Origin: Haliotis rubra
Taxonomy: Eukaryota
Assembly: GCF_003918875.1 (NCBI RefSeq)
Contig: NW_025767273.1
Span: 620,001 to 684,000 of the forward strand
DNA length: 64,000 nt
Reading direction: 5' to 3'
The position numbers and the translations under genes were made by a program. Numbering within the stretch: position 1 is the stretch's first letter; each line of letters starts with the position of its first letter. Below are positions 34,661 to 47,608 of this stretch, in pieces. The notes beneath the pieces were generated by a model, which saw only the letters and a program-made list of their open reading frames with translations, had not been told where the DNA came from and searched no databases.

Positions 34661-37600
34661 TCAAAACAGTGATGATGAAGCCTTAACGACCAGCTCAATG
34701 AGAAGGCACAGACCCGAACACAGTATCCCCACCAGGAGGGCGAGTGAGACCGACACCAGCTTCTCCAGACCTATCGGCTTGGCCCCTGTTTCTGTTGAAG
34801 CACATGCGCTATCGTTCAGCCTCGGGTTCCACTTCCTGAACCAGTACTGCATCAAACCGATCTCCTGAACCATTGTTACCCTGCAGTTTAGAAATAATTT
34901 GATTATTAAAAGATTGTGTTTCTCAGTGTCAGAATGAAGTAAAGATGTTTTTGGTTTGTCTCTGTGCTGATTCAACAGGGTGAATCCGCATTTTAGTAAC
35001 ACCGTGAATATTAAAAGATCGTGATTCTCAGTGTCAGAATGATGAAGAGAATTTTTACTTTTGTTCTATTTCGGTTTTGATGCACCTATGTTATTCTGAA
35101 TGTTAGTAACATCTTGACTATTTGAAACAATAACAATGGATTGATTTTCAGCGATGGAATAATTGATAATTATTTTATTGTTTAATTCGGTGGTCATGTT
35201 CAATTATCATATTTCTAAAATTCTTAAAGGTGCGCAGTTATCCTAAAACAGCTTATTCCGGAGCCCAAAGTATTTAGTTCTTGGTAATGTTTTATTATCT
35301 GATCGCTTTTATATTACAGTAACGGAAACATGCAAGGTATCTTAGCGCTTTTATATTTCAGTAACGGAACAATGCAATGTATTTTAGCGCTTTTATGTTA
35401 CAGTATCGGAAATTGCAAGGTATCTTAGCTATTACATATTACAGTACCAGAATAATCCAAAGTATCTTAGCGTTTAAATATTTGTAAAGGAACTATAAAA
35501 AGTATCTAAAGTAGCGCTTTTATATTACAATAACGGAATAATCCAAGGTAACTTAGGGCTTTTGAAACAATCCAAAATAAACTGCCTGGATGATTCGTGT
35601 AATGGCTGCATAAACTAAAGAAATTTGTATCCGATGATGTTCAACTTGATACGGGAATCACAACTCCGTTTGGACCTTCGGTTATCGACTATTTTCAGTC
35701 AAGTAACGTCTTCATAACGTTTGCGTCAAATCCATATTTCAAATGTACATACCTTCTTGCCAGGCAGATTAAACCGAGAATATATTTTCTTAAGGGTTCT
35801 CTATTATCATCGAAGAAATTCCACATTCAAACATAATACTTACTCCTCAGAAAACATATCTGTTAGCGGTGAATCTTGTGGCAGGACCAAACTGTATTGC
35901 ATGGGTTCAAATGTTTCCTCGAGTATATACAAGTCACAAAAAGCTCTGGCGAACACATCTAATTCTGACGTATCACTCATAAAAGCATAATTCTCGTCGA
36001 GAACTTTCTTTATTTGGATGGTGACGTTTCTTTCAAATGTGCTGCTGTCCATGCTTCTTGAGGCTTGGATCTTCTCCCGCAGCCGCATAATTTTGCTGTT
36101 GTTGGATGTCTGTAAGACACAATTACGTCAGAGACAGCATATGCTTTGTTAACTGATAATGCTGTTAGTATATGGTGCTTACATTTACATCGTAAAATGG
36201 CCATAGGAAAGAAGAAATGGTGGTGAGTACTATTAACAGTAACGGAACAACCCAATGTATCTTAGCGCTTTTACATTACAGTAACGAAACAATCCAAGGT
36301 TATCTTAACGCTTTTACATGACAGTAACGGACCAATCCAAAGTATCTTAGCGTTTTTACATTACAGTAACGGAACATTACAAGGTATCTTAACGCTTTTA
36401 CATGACAGTAACGGACCAATCCAAGGTATCTTAGCGCTTATATATTTACAGTAACGGAACAATCCAAGGTATCTAAGACCATTGATACAGGTGCAGTAAC
36501 GGAACAATTTAAAAGTAGACGTAATAATTTTATAAATGTGCATATTTATTATCCACACCAAAAACCTGGTCAAATCGCTACATTAATACCCCGACCTATG
36601 GATCAGTGTGCACTCAATTGTCATTCTCACCTTCCTTGGAATGATGACTACAAACTATTTATATATTTTTTACAGGTATATTTCCTTAAAAAAAGTGTGG
36701 CCCAGAACATGAGTATCCCCATATGCTTTGCTGTTTTACATCAAGACCAGTTATTTGCAGTGTCAGAGGTTTGTCTCTTTCAAAGACAAATATTGGCTAC
36801 GGGGTTACGACTGTTATATGGCCAATGTACCCCTAGGACATATGCAGCAAATGTTATAACTTTATATATGTCTCGTCAAATAACACTGTGTCGAAGTGGA
36901 AGGTAAATAGTTATCCAAAGTTCGACACAACAGAAATTATATTCAACGGTGTTTTCCTGGCCCCCATTTCTCGAAACAAACTTAAGTCTAAGTTTTGAGA
37001 AAATGCATTTCCCAGAATGAACTGAAATCAAACAAAGTAAACAATTTGAGTTTCATGGATGGATTACTTAAGTTGTTTGGGCCTTTTTATTTAAAAAATG
37101 CAGTTGAATTAAAATTTCAGCTGTTTCAAATTGTCAAACTCAGTTTGAAGTTTGAGTAATACCTTAAGTTTGTTTCGAGAAATCGGGGCCTTAACTTAGT
37201 CTTGCAACTGCTGATCTTGTTAAGAGATGTGTACTGCTAAACATCTATCTATCTATCTATCTATCCACATGGGTACAATGTGTCAGACCCATTTCTGGCG
37301 TCCCCCGCCGTCATATTGCTGGAATAAAAGCGGTAAAACCATACTCACTAACTTACCATGATAGTTTTTTGAAGGACCCCGCCTGCTGCAAAGCCGACTT
37401 TGAGGCTGTCATCAGCAAAGACATCATCTAAACTATTAAAGGGAAGTTCTTCTTTGGTGACGGTGAGGGAGGCGATGAGGTTGCCGCTGTAGGCGGCGGT
37501 CATCACAATAATGTACAGCCACCAGAAGCTAACCAGGATCCGACCGGAACTGGACTCCGGAAGATGGACGCCGCCTGGTGAATTGAAATGGACGTCACAT

Positions 37601-40600
37601 ATCTCACTTACATACTCAAAACAGTTTCAATGAACCAAAAATAGAATGTGAGTGACTTGGGTGTTACTTTGAACAGTATTCTAGTCAAAATCACGTTGTG
37701 CCAGCTTAATGTGGAACTAATATGGTGCTGAATAACTTATGGTCATATAGTTCTGGCGTGCCCATGGGACGCAACTCGACGAGGCGAATTGCAATCCGGG
37801 ACAAGCCGAATAGCTGAATTCCGGGACAAGCCGAATAGCAACTCGTGCCCATCTGGAAGCATTTTTATTGGCGCATGAACATCAGAACTACTTTAAACAA
37901 GAACAATAACTCTATCTTGTTTGATTATAATGGTACTTAATGTCACCGATGCACTGTATATTGTATTGCTGTTTTTAGTTTTGTTTTTATTTATTTATTT
38001 TAAAGAATTAATTATCTTTGATACAAATAAAAGGCGAAACAATATTAAACACATATTCGAACGTAATTATTACCAGCTGTTCACCTTTATTTCCAAATAT
38101 ATATTTCTTCATAGGGTTTACAAATCGCAAATGAGATTTACTGTATTGCATATACAAAATATATGCGTTAAAATTGACGTTAAACTATTTCTCAAACTGA
38201 ACATTCATGTAACCTTGCTGCCAAATCCCTAGAGGAATTTTGAAATGAATATGCTGAAAAATATATGTATGCCCCCCAAAAAAGTCAGACTAATATATCC
38301 AAAATGTTAAAGCTTAAAGTTGATTAGTTATATATCGAGTGATCTTTTTGTTTTAAAACTCGTACCGATTTATAACTATACTGATGGGCAAAAGAAACTT
38401 TCTGTTGCAAAATTGTTCATAATATTAACATAAGAAAATATAATCAAATGCAAATTGCCCCATAGTTATTGCCAACAACAAGGGTTCGATTCTGACCAAC
38501 ATCAGCGCTCAAACGCACCTCTTGACAATCGAAAACAGCAAAATGCACGTGTTTTGCAAGTAAGGGTAACATGCACGTGCATGCGCGGTATAAAACCACA
38601 TCACAGCACAGAGCAGATCGTACTTCAGCAGTTGCTGAAAACCACTTTACAATGCCGAGGTTAACTTCAGCAGAGAAGCATTACCAACAGACTGGTCAGA
38701 CCTCAGACGGGCCAAAACAGGCAGACCCCGGGTGACAACTGCGCAGGAAGACCGCCACCTGAGGACGTTATACCTTAGAAACCGTTTCCTGACGGTAACG
38801 TCATCAGCATCAACAGCACTCGGTCACCCAGTGAGTCGAAGGATAGTGTCAAGGAGACTACGGGCCTATGGTATCAGGGCCTACCGACCGTGCCTGGGGA
38901 CGCTGCTGACAGACAGACATGGTCGCTCGAGTTGTCCAGAACTTCTTTCACGCCAACAAAGTCAACGTGGCCTGCATGCTCTCCTGACGTGTCAGCAATC
39001 GAGCACGTATGGGACCATCTTCATAGAGTTATTCAACGGAGACAGAATCCACCAGTTACAGTACAGCAAATGACTCAAGTCCTTGTCGAAGAATGGAGGC
39101 GAATCCCAGCTGACGTCATCAGACTTCAGTCAGAAGACGTGTGTTTGCATGTATTCTATTCAGAGGTGGTCAAACTCGCTATTAGAAACTTCTGTTCACG
39201 CTTTGCTGTGTTTCCAAAATGGACCCACTGATCGTGAAGTCTCTAGTTTGACCCCATGTCGACCATAACCTGTTCAATAAGTTATCAGCCTTGTTAAAAT
39301 TCGAACGTTTGTACTTAGCACGTGCCTATGTCATTGCTTCACAAATTATATATTGCAAACTTCGATTTCTTGTTTTTGTTTTTAAGTGAGATCAAATTGA
39401 ACGAGGAGAAAGTTTCTTTTGTCCGTCAGTACATATTTTCTAGAAATGGTGTAAAGCGCACGTACAATTCCTAAAAGAAGCCCACAAGATTGTGAGAAAT
39501 ACATTCAAATACACCCATGAGAGCCGTTATGCAAGCATACGCACGTATGTGAATCTCTCACCGTCTATCGCATTACTCTTATTAAAACCTTCACATAAGG
39601 CAGCACAATTCTGTTAGCTACGTTCTTTGTTCTTTCAATATGACTATATATATGTTTCATGATGTTTTAAACAATGACATAATGCCATAAACGATTGAAG
39701 AGCTTGGAATTATTTTTATCAAAGCACCGAAATCATTACGCGCGTTCTGATTGGTTTGTCGTATTTTCGCACATAACAAGCATCGAGACGAGGACGAATT
39801 TTCTTGGAGGTCACGGAAAGGAGCGAGTGCTGACGAATGGGCGAATTGCGTTTCTTTTAACAACTCAAATACAACCAATTTCGCCCGTCCGCTGTTTTAC
39901 TGGTTGAGGTTAGAAATTAGAAACATTTAAAACTACGGATGGACTTTCCTCAAATGAACTAGTACTACTAGTATGTGATCGTGGCTTTAATCGAAAAGGG
40001 AAACAACAACAATAGCCTACATCCCTTTAGTCTTTATCGCTCAAAGATGAGGATACCATCCGTTTAATAACTATACACGAAATAACATTACGCGCGGAAC
40101 CATTTCTAGCATGTTGATCATACGTAAAGGGAAAGTGTACTCTGCAATGTCTTGAATGGAACTCGTATAGCTGACCGGCTTTGATTGAACGGTCAAAATT
40201 CGCGAATGGTCGTTCTGACATGAGTTGTGTTTGGCTGTCTCCAGATCTTTTTCCCCTGATTTTAATGAGGATGGATAATCTAGTTCCATGTGCACTTGAT
40301 TTTACACCACACTACGCATGCACCTTAAACCTGTATTACTGAAATAGTTTGCTTGAATATGTAAATTCTAGGGGTTATTGCAGTTGTTGAAAGACCAACA
40401 AACAAATGCGCATGGAATAGACAGGGGTCAATTCCAGAATGTACAGATATCTGTAAATACTTCCGGCTACATATCCGTTAATTGGGATCAAGACATCATT
40501 CCAAAAAGACAGGTTTCACCATTTGGAGCACACTCGCCCATTTATGATATCAATCAATAATAGTATCTATATTAAACTATAAGATATCCGTCGACACGGC

Positions 40601-43600
40601 GCGTTAAAAATGATATACTGGTCAAAGAGTTCAACCCAATTCCCACATTCACTCCCCAGTAACACATTATAAATGCCCATGGAAACTCACATGGAACACG
40701 CCACACCTACCCTGATGTATGGTCGAACCAAACAGATACATCACAGCATCAAGAGCTCCCGCTGGTTTCCATCCCTTTTCTACGGATTTGTCATCGTTGT
40801 AGAATGGATTGTTCCATTCCATTGCCAGGTAGAGCAGGACTACCCCAATTAGAACCGCACCCCCAACGGCATACACCTGCCAGCGGAACGGATCGGTCAG
40901 GGCGCTTGACAACTTGGACCTGCCTCTGGTGTTCCTCAGTATCAGACCGTTGCTTGACGCATGGACAAATGGCAGGAAGTCACCGTGGAGATCTCGACCT
41001 TCCGTGTAACCCATTGGAGCCGCAACGAAGTCCACTTCCTGTGTTAAGACAATACAGTTTAACTGACAACGTGTTTTGTTTGCTTGTTTCTTTCATTGTT
41101 TTACGCCGCACTTAGCAATATTTCAGCCAAATAGCGGCGGTTTCTCAATAATCGAGTCCGGACCAGACAATTCAGTGATTGACGCCACAAACATCGATCC
41201 ACGCATTTGGAATGATGACATCTGTCAACCAAGTCAGAGAGCCTGTGACCACCCGATCCCGTCAGTCGCCTCTTACGGCAAGCATGGGTTGCTGAAGATC
41301 AATTCTTACCTGGACCTTCACGGTGTGCAATCCTACTGTTTAAAATTAGTGCATTAACCAACATTCATTTGGCCAAGGTATATTAATCTGAAACTGGATA
41401 TATGTTCAGCAACAGCCGTAAAACCAGATAAAATTTATAAATCAATTAAATCTATGAACCATTAAACGCATTTTGAACGATGTAGTTTTTGTGACATACT
41501 GTTGTTTTTCAACAGTCTGGAGCATGAATAATTTTCAATAATTTACTTTGACAGCATATTTTCTTCGAAAAAGAGTTCGACTATATAAACTGCTTCTTTA
41601 ATAGGTGATAATTGTAACTCTGACAATTTAAATAATTCTAAGGATGAGTATGGCGAAGAATAACAGTCTTGGTTTGCCGATAAATTAGCGCCAAGTGTAT
41701 CTTGCTCAATTGACAAAATTATGTAATTCCTTACACCACATGTTCCCGTGTTCTTTCAGAGGAGCAGTTGACTTGACTTTGCATGTGTTTGTGACACGTA
41801 CCCCAAAGGGCAGGATACTCTTACTGTTTCGCGAATACGTGTTATTATGCCGATTTGACAAGCATGTTTGTGAAATAGATGGAATCGTACTGCGTACTCT
41901 TCTGTCAACAGCGAGTTTTCATGGTTTGACTTTGTGCAAACGCTTTTTTAGTCAACACTTTGGTCATGTTTAGATATAGCTAATTAACAAACACAGAATA
42001 TATATTTTTGGGTTATCTTACCGATTGAAATGTCATGAAAGATAGAAACTAATAATTGATTCTATTTTCATATCCATATCTATTTCGTTCACCGAACAAT
42101 GATTCTGGGGAATAAATCTAAATACATATAATAAATATACTGGACAAAATAAGTAAGGCATATTGGTAAACTATTTTTATGATTGATATTTTATCAGTGT
42201 GTAAATGAATAAATAGATCAGTATTCATAATTTCAAAATTTACATATATCCGTAACTATTTTTATCCAGTATAGATGAAAACGCCTTAAACCAAAATTCT
42301 TAAAAGACTTGACACTAACCATACTACCGTATTGTGTCCGAACATAGACAAGGGGATCAAGCTGTAGACAGTTATGCACAAGAGGCCGTCACTTCAATTG
42401 ACGCTATTGTAATAAATTAAATTTGCTGAAGCATTCTTACCATCCGCTGTAACATGCCAGTAAGTCCTGAGTAATTGGAAGAGTCTTCGGAAATCGGCAC
42501 TCCCCATTCTCCGTCAGCCGGTTCAGATACAGAGTACCTATCAATAAAAAAAAGCTCACAATATAAATTTTGAAATTTTGTTTTCCTACATTTCGGGATA
42601 ACATAGAACGGTAGCTGAGGTCCATAGCTGTATCGCCCTAGAAATGGCCCTAGAAATCGCCCTTATACAATATAAAGAAATACACGCGTGAGAATATAGT
42701 TTTACGTAATCTCATGGTAGAGACAGGGGTGGAAATAACTTTAAAATTGCTAGTGTACTCCGGTACAGTGGCACATGTAAAATCACTTGCCCTGATAATT
42801 TTTCCACTATACCGGCCGTTTTCTTGTTGATTTTTTAAATAAACAACATAATTAACATTGGAAAATCAACTGGACACCGGTACGGTGTGATATACAAATT
42901 TGCTTGCTCGACAGAAAAAAACACTGGACTTGGGCGTCGGGCAATGGGTTATTTCCACCCATGTAGAGAACCTGAAAAAGGTTCTTTGGACACTGTAAAA
43001 ATGTAGCTAGGGGAGACTTCAGGCCACAATTCGAACCATAACCACAAGACTACTTTATGACTGCCATGATAATATGACATGCCTTAAATATTTAAGTGAG
43101 TTCTTGAGCAACAGTTAGGCCTCATCATTAGCCTGATGTGTAACCATGTGTAATGGTGAAAGCGATGCTCGTCATGTCGAAGGGGTCGCGGGTTCGATCC
43201 CCGGTCGCGTCATACTAAAAGACGTTAAAATATGGTACTTGTTGGTCCCTGCCTGGCGCTCGGCATTAATGGGTACAACAAGGACTGGTCGGCTCGGAGT
43301 CAGTATAATGTGTCTGAGTGGGGTATTCATGCTTCACTGCGGCATGGTATCTAAGTGGGCTAGCACTATAAAACCAGCTTAAGTCTGGGCTAGTACAAGC
43401 AGCCGCACATACACATACACACGCATGCACGTCGTCATATGAGCGAAATATTCTCAAGCACGACGTAAAACCCAATTTCACCTCACCTCATGTCGAAGGC
43501 CCAGGTTTCATTCCCCAAATGAGTCCAATTTCTGGTGTCCCCCGCGTCAATATTGCTGGAATGCTAGTATTAGCTAAAGCGGCGTAAAATCATACTCATA

Positions 43601-45074
43601 TACTTAGGTGAAACCTTTTACTAGTTTTTCACTTATTTTTTGGTTTGTCTGTTGTGTGAAGCCGCATATTCCAGCTATATGGCGGCTCTGTAAATAACCG
43701 AGGCTGGACATGACAATACAGTGAGCCTGACCACCCGATCCTGTTAGTTGCCTCTTACTACAAGCATGGGTTGCTGAAGACCTATTCTAACCCGGATCTT
43801 CATAGCCCAGCGGATAAGTGATCAAATTGTGCACTTCGTGTTACTGGCCTGAAATTTGGCATGATCATAGCTTATACCCTTCTTATTAAATAAAGATCGA
43901 GAGGGCTCGTAGATTTTTCATTTTTGGGGGGCACCTTTATTTCCCACCCTTGTCCACCACTTGAAATCACTAATGCACAGATTCATCAGCTTGAAAGATT
44001 TGTTGTGTATGACAGAGAAAGCAATCTGATGCAAGTGAAAGAAGCAAGAAAGTATTTGTTCGCCACGAAGGGGAGAACATTGAACAATATACCCCCAACA
44101 GAATCAGCTTTGATCCAACAGATAAAGAGAGCTGTATACCAGGGGAGCTATGTTTGGGGGCAATCTCTGATGAAATCACAGGAGGTACCAAGCCCTCTGG
44201 ATTGGGCTGGCAACAACTCTCTTGGGGAGAGCTTGGACAACTATGGACAACTCTCCTGGAGGCATCAAAGAGCTGCCAGGAACTGTCCAAAATGTAAAAA
44301 AACGGTGCAAGTGCGTAAATGCTGTAACTGATTTTCTGATTCAGTCAAGGTAGATACAATTATATTCAAGAGACGATCGAGTAACTTGCCACAGGTAGAT
44401 GAGATAGCTACTTTGACAGTGATGTTGAAATCAAACATGTTTGCGTTGATTTTGATATGGTTATAATAAATGATCCATATCCAACCATGCTCATGCATTA
44501 TATATGTAAGTAGATCTAATGATATATTCCTTTTATATAAACTTTCATCTGTTCTCGCAATATTCTTGATACATAATTTATTAGGATTTGGAAATTTAAA
44601 ATTGAGTTAAGATGAATTTTTTTGAACATTCATTTTTTTCCGACTTAAAAGAAAAAAACAATGAAAAGTAGACAAAATCTGCGAGGCTTCTCGTTTTGAA
44701 TTTGCAAAGAAATGATAAATAATGTTAGATCATGGGATGAAAATATCCGTCAATTTTCCCATTTTCGGGTAGTTATGATATAAACTGACTTCCGTAGACC
44801 TAACCGTTAAAGATAGAAAACATGAATTGAAATAAATAATGAAAAATCGGTATAAGCTAGATTTCATACTTGGTACACGTAGTGCACGATTCAGTGAAAA
44901 TACTGCACTTTACCGCTGGGCTATCACGGGTGTCACTTTGGTTGGCAATTACAGGTTAGATGAAACGTACGTAAAATTGAGGACATTTCCAAGGTGGTTT
45001 GCAAGGTCGATGCTGGCTTGTTTGTAGACGACACTTCCATCTTTCTCTTCATACCTCTTAACAAACGGCAGCCA
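34661..45074 (-). CDS. Divergent ionotropic glutamate receptor / IR-type receptor, 5'-incomplete. Exons 44971-45074, 42441-42537, 40711-41038, 37357-37574, 35844-36109, 34661-34880
   Basis: All six exons are GT-AG and in frame. S1: WLPFV.., EPADGEWG..SGLTGMLQRMEVDF..YTEGR. M1 follows DPFRWQVY. Pore STIHQG, M3 AYSGNLIASLT, S2 YAFMSD..YSLVLPQDSP, ..QEIGLMQYWFRKW, M4, stop. Confidence 0.92.
35310..35570. repeat. ~42-bp minisatellite (IR last intron)
   Basis: Unit ttacagtaacggaacaatccaaggtatcttagcgcttttata, diverged copies. Confidence 0.85.
36225..36510. repeat. ~42-bp minisatellite, same family as 35310-35570
   Basis: Unit ttacagtaacggaacaatccaaggtatcttagcgcttttaca. Confidence 0.9.
36959..37190. 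mobile_element. MITE (PIF/Harbinger-like termini)
   Basis: About 29-bp inverted termini ggcccc.atttctcgaaacaaacttaag / cttaagtttgtttcgagaaatcggggcc. Confidence 0.75.
38379..39431 (+). mobile_element. Internally deleted Tc1/mariner transposon in an IR intron
   Basis: TIRs tactga.gg.caaaagaaactttc. Fragments TTAQEDRHLRTLYLRNRF and WPACSPDVSAIEHVWD are related to the 29.6-31.1 kb element. Confidence 0.88.
41075..41325 (-). mobile_element. Family B SINE-like copy
   Basis: Collinear with 29042-29288. Confidence 0.85.
42136..42273. mobile_element. Tc1-type MITE
   Basis: Imperfect 28-bp inverted termini tatactggacaaaataagt.. / ..actatttttatccagtata. Confidence 0.6.
42724..42963. mobile_element. 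MITE with CA(G/T)GGGTGGAAATAAC termini
   Basis: 16-bp inverted termini, with tagaga directly repeated on both flanks (apparent 6-bp TSD). Confidence 0.7.
43165..43490 (+). mobile_element. V-domain SINE (RUDI-like)
   Basis: B-box GGTTCGATCCC followed by gtcatactaaaagacgttaaaa.atggtac...gcctggcgctcggcatt (V-SINE core as recalled) and a gacgtaaaac tail. Confidence 0.65.
43940..44330 (+). mobile_element. DNA transposon protein remnant, Academ(X)-like C-terminus
   Basis: VKEARKYLF..IPPTESALIQQIKRAVYQ..W..PSPLDW followed by a decayed Cys-rich segment. This pattern follows the XPG domain in Academ-type proteins. Confidence 0.6.
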
Positions 45075-46174
45075 CTGAAAGTAACGCATGTCAATTAACA
45101 ATTAACAGAACGGTACTAATTAAACGTTAGTGAACTACATGATGAATACTTAATCCTTGTCACAGGGCTATGATATTGCTCCTTTATGGTGTCGACTGGT
45201 CCAAGAATCAAGTGAACGGTTTCCTGGTTTCTTTGTTTTGAAAAGTTGGTAATATTCTCACTATATGACTATAGTATGCAAATCGAGTGTGATTGTGTGT
45301 GATTTAAGTATCTTTTTTCCTTCAAAAATCGTAAGAAGGAAAATAATATATACCGTTGGAGTAGAAGTGAATTTTTCAACTGTTACGATGATATCGTACT
45401 AATTCATCTTATTTGTTTGTTGTTTACGCCGCACTTAGAAATATTCCATCTTCTTGGTGGCAGTCTGTAAATAATCGAGTCAACAAATCCAAATAATCCA
45501 GTGTCCATTAAAGCTCAAAGAGTCTGACTGTTCAAACTCGCTAGCCGCTTCTTTACGACAAGCATGTGTTGCTGCAGACAAATACTGACTCTTAAAATTC
45601 ATCCGTATTCATAGCGACAGAAAATTGTTCTTAGAAACTTTATATATATTACTAACAAGCGAAATAAATGCCTTACTGCTACTGATTTTCGAAAACCAAG
45701 TTTTTAAAAGCTCCGCCTTAGATTTCGTGAAAATGTAATCAGGGACCCACCTCTGCTACCGCGGCTCCCAGTTTCCTCACTGGTTCAGCCCTAGTTTCAG
45801 ATTCGGGAACACATCATCGTGGGACGTGACATGGCGGACGGGGGATAACTTCCGGCCATGCGGTTTCCATAGCAACGTGTGTAACATAGTGTTTATGGTT
45901 CTCCTATGTCGTCTTCTCTTCCCTTGACAATCTAGAAATGAATAAACAGGGTGTATTTATTTTGCCAAAACCACGTTTCTACTAAACTACCTGAAGTATG
46001 ACATTAGGACCAAAGTCATTCCATTAATCTACAGTGAACAACATAACGTTAGGATTAAAAAATATTTGTTTTTGCGCACACAATTTCATAAAAAACATAT
46101 CCCCAAACATTCGGATCCTTAACTTGTTTGTGTTACCGACTATTGCTTTTCTGTTGCCTGTCTATTATCGCTGC

Positions 46175-46274
46175 NNNNNNNNNNNNNNNNNNNNNNNNNN
46201 NNNNNNNNNNNNNNNNNNNNNNNNNNNNNNNNNNNNNNNNNNNNNNNNNNNNNNNNNNNNNNNNNNNNNNNNNN
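46175..46274. other. Assembly gap (100 N, unknown true size)
   Basis: Run of exactly 100 N. Confidence 1.
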
Positions 46275-47608
46275 ATGTATTGACTGTCCAGAACAGGTAT
46301 TCGCTGGTCACACCATATGTATTTTATGTATTTAATGTTTCATCTAGGCTTCTGGCGAGGCAGAGTTCACCAATGACATGCCTTCTTCGTCAAAGAAAGG
46401 GGTGTGTGGATCTTTCAGTCCTGACCTCTCAATTGGCTGTGGTACTATTGACCACATTGATCCCTTCGGAAGCATTGGTAACATTTTCTTATTTTCTATA
46501 AATCTTCTACCTGTACTTTTTATTAACATTTACATCGATTGGTTCAATGGTGTACATATTCTCCATAGATGGAGCATGCTGCACAATAGGTTATCTTGAA
46601 ACGTACGTTCCAGTTCAACTAACATGAAAAGGTAGCGACTGCTTAACAAGAATTATAGCAGAATCAGTGTAAACTTCCATGAACGTGCTGTCGGAATGCA
46701 TGGATGACGCAGATATGTCACTGTGTCACCAACATCATTAGAAGCATTAAGCACACGGTCATTCTTCAGAGTAAGTAAGATAGGTCCAAGACCTGGAAGC
46801 CACAGGAAGACCTATGACCGTATTGAGCCTTGTCCTAGTCGATGCAATTCAGAACTGCTCGAGAATGTAGAGTGGCAGTCCCACTATCCACCCGGCCTGC
46901 CATCAGAAGGGGGCTGCAGGAACCTACGTTATCGATGGCCGTTGTCGCCTCTGGAGACGTCGTAACGAGGGCGCCGGGAGATGATCCATGTGGCTGAACT
47001 CTATGGTGGCTCATTTAAATGACTGATCAAATTGTTGTTAGCCCCAAGTCGTGAAGTGACCACACCTTCCGGCATTGTTTACAGTCACGTTTTTGGTATG
47101 CTCCTCAGTTGCCGTGTTGTTTTAACCAGGGGTTAACTTTTTATACCCGGGATATGGTTTGCAAAACATAAACAACAGCATGTAGGTGTATTCCTACTTA
47201 TCATATAAAAAGTGGGAGTGTTTGTCCAACTAGCGCGCTTTCTTTGCATATTTGTCCGCGAATTCGAGTTCTTATGTGTGAATAGAATTGTGTGTGTGTG
47301 GCTGTGCATATGATGTTTGTGTGAGTGTGCGTGCGCCCATGTGTGTGTGCGTGTGTGTGTGAGTGAGTGAAGGTTTAGTTTTACGCCGCACTCAGCAATG
47401 TTCCCAGCTATTTGGCGGCGGTCTGTAAATAATCGAGTCCTGAATAGACAATCCAGTGATCAAAACCACTTGAGCATCGATCTGCGCAATCGGGAACCAG
47501 TGACATGTGTTTATTTTGGTGTGTTTTGTGTGTGTATTATGTGTGTGTAAAGGGGATGGCTGATGGGAGGTGAGAGGCAATTACTAACCATTCTGTTTGT
47601 ACATGCAG

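Noticed and set aside
46300-47080. Possible decayed ORF on the minus strand next to the gap
   Set aside because: Multiple stops, no recognisable motif and low sequence quality.
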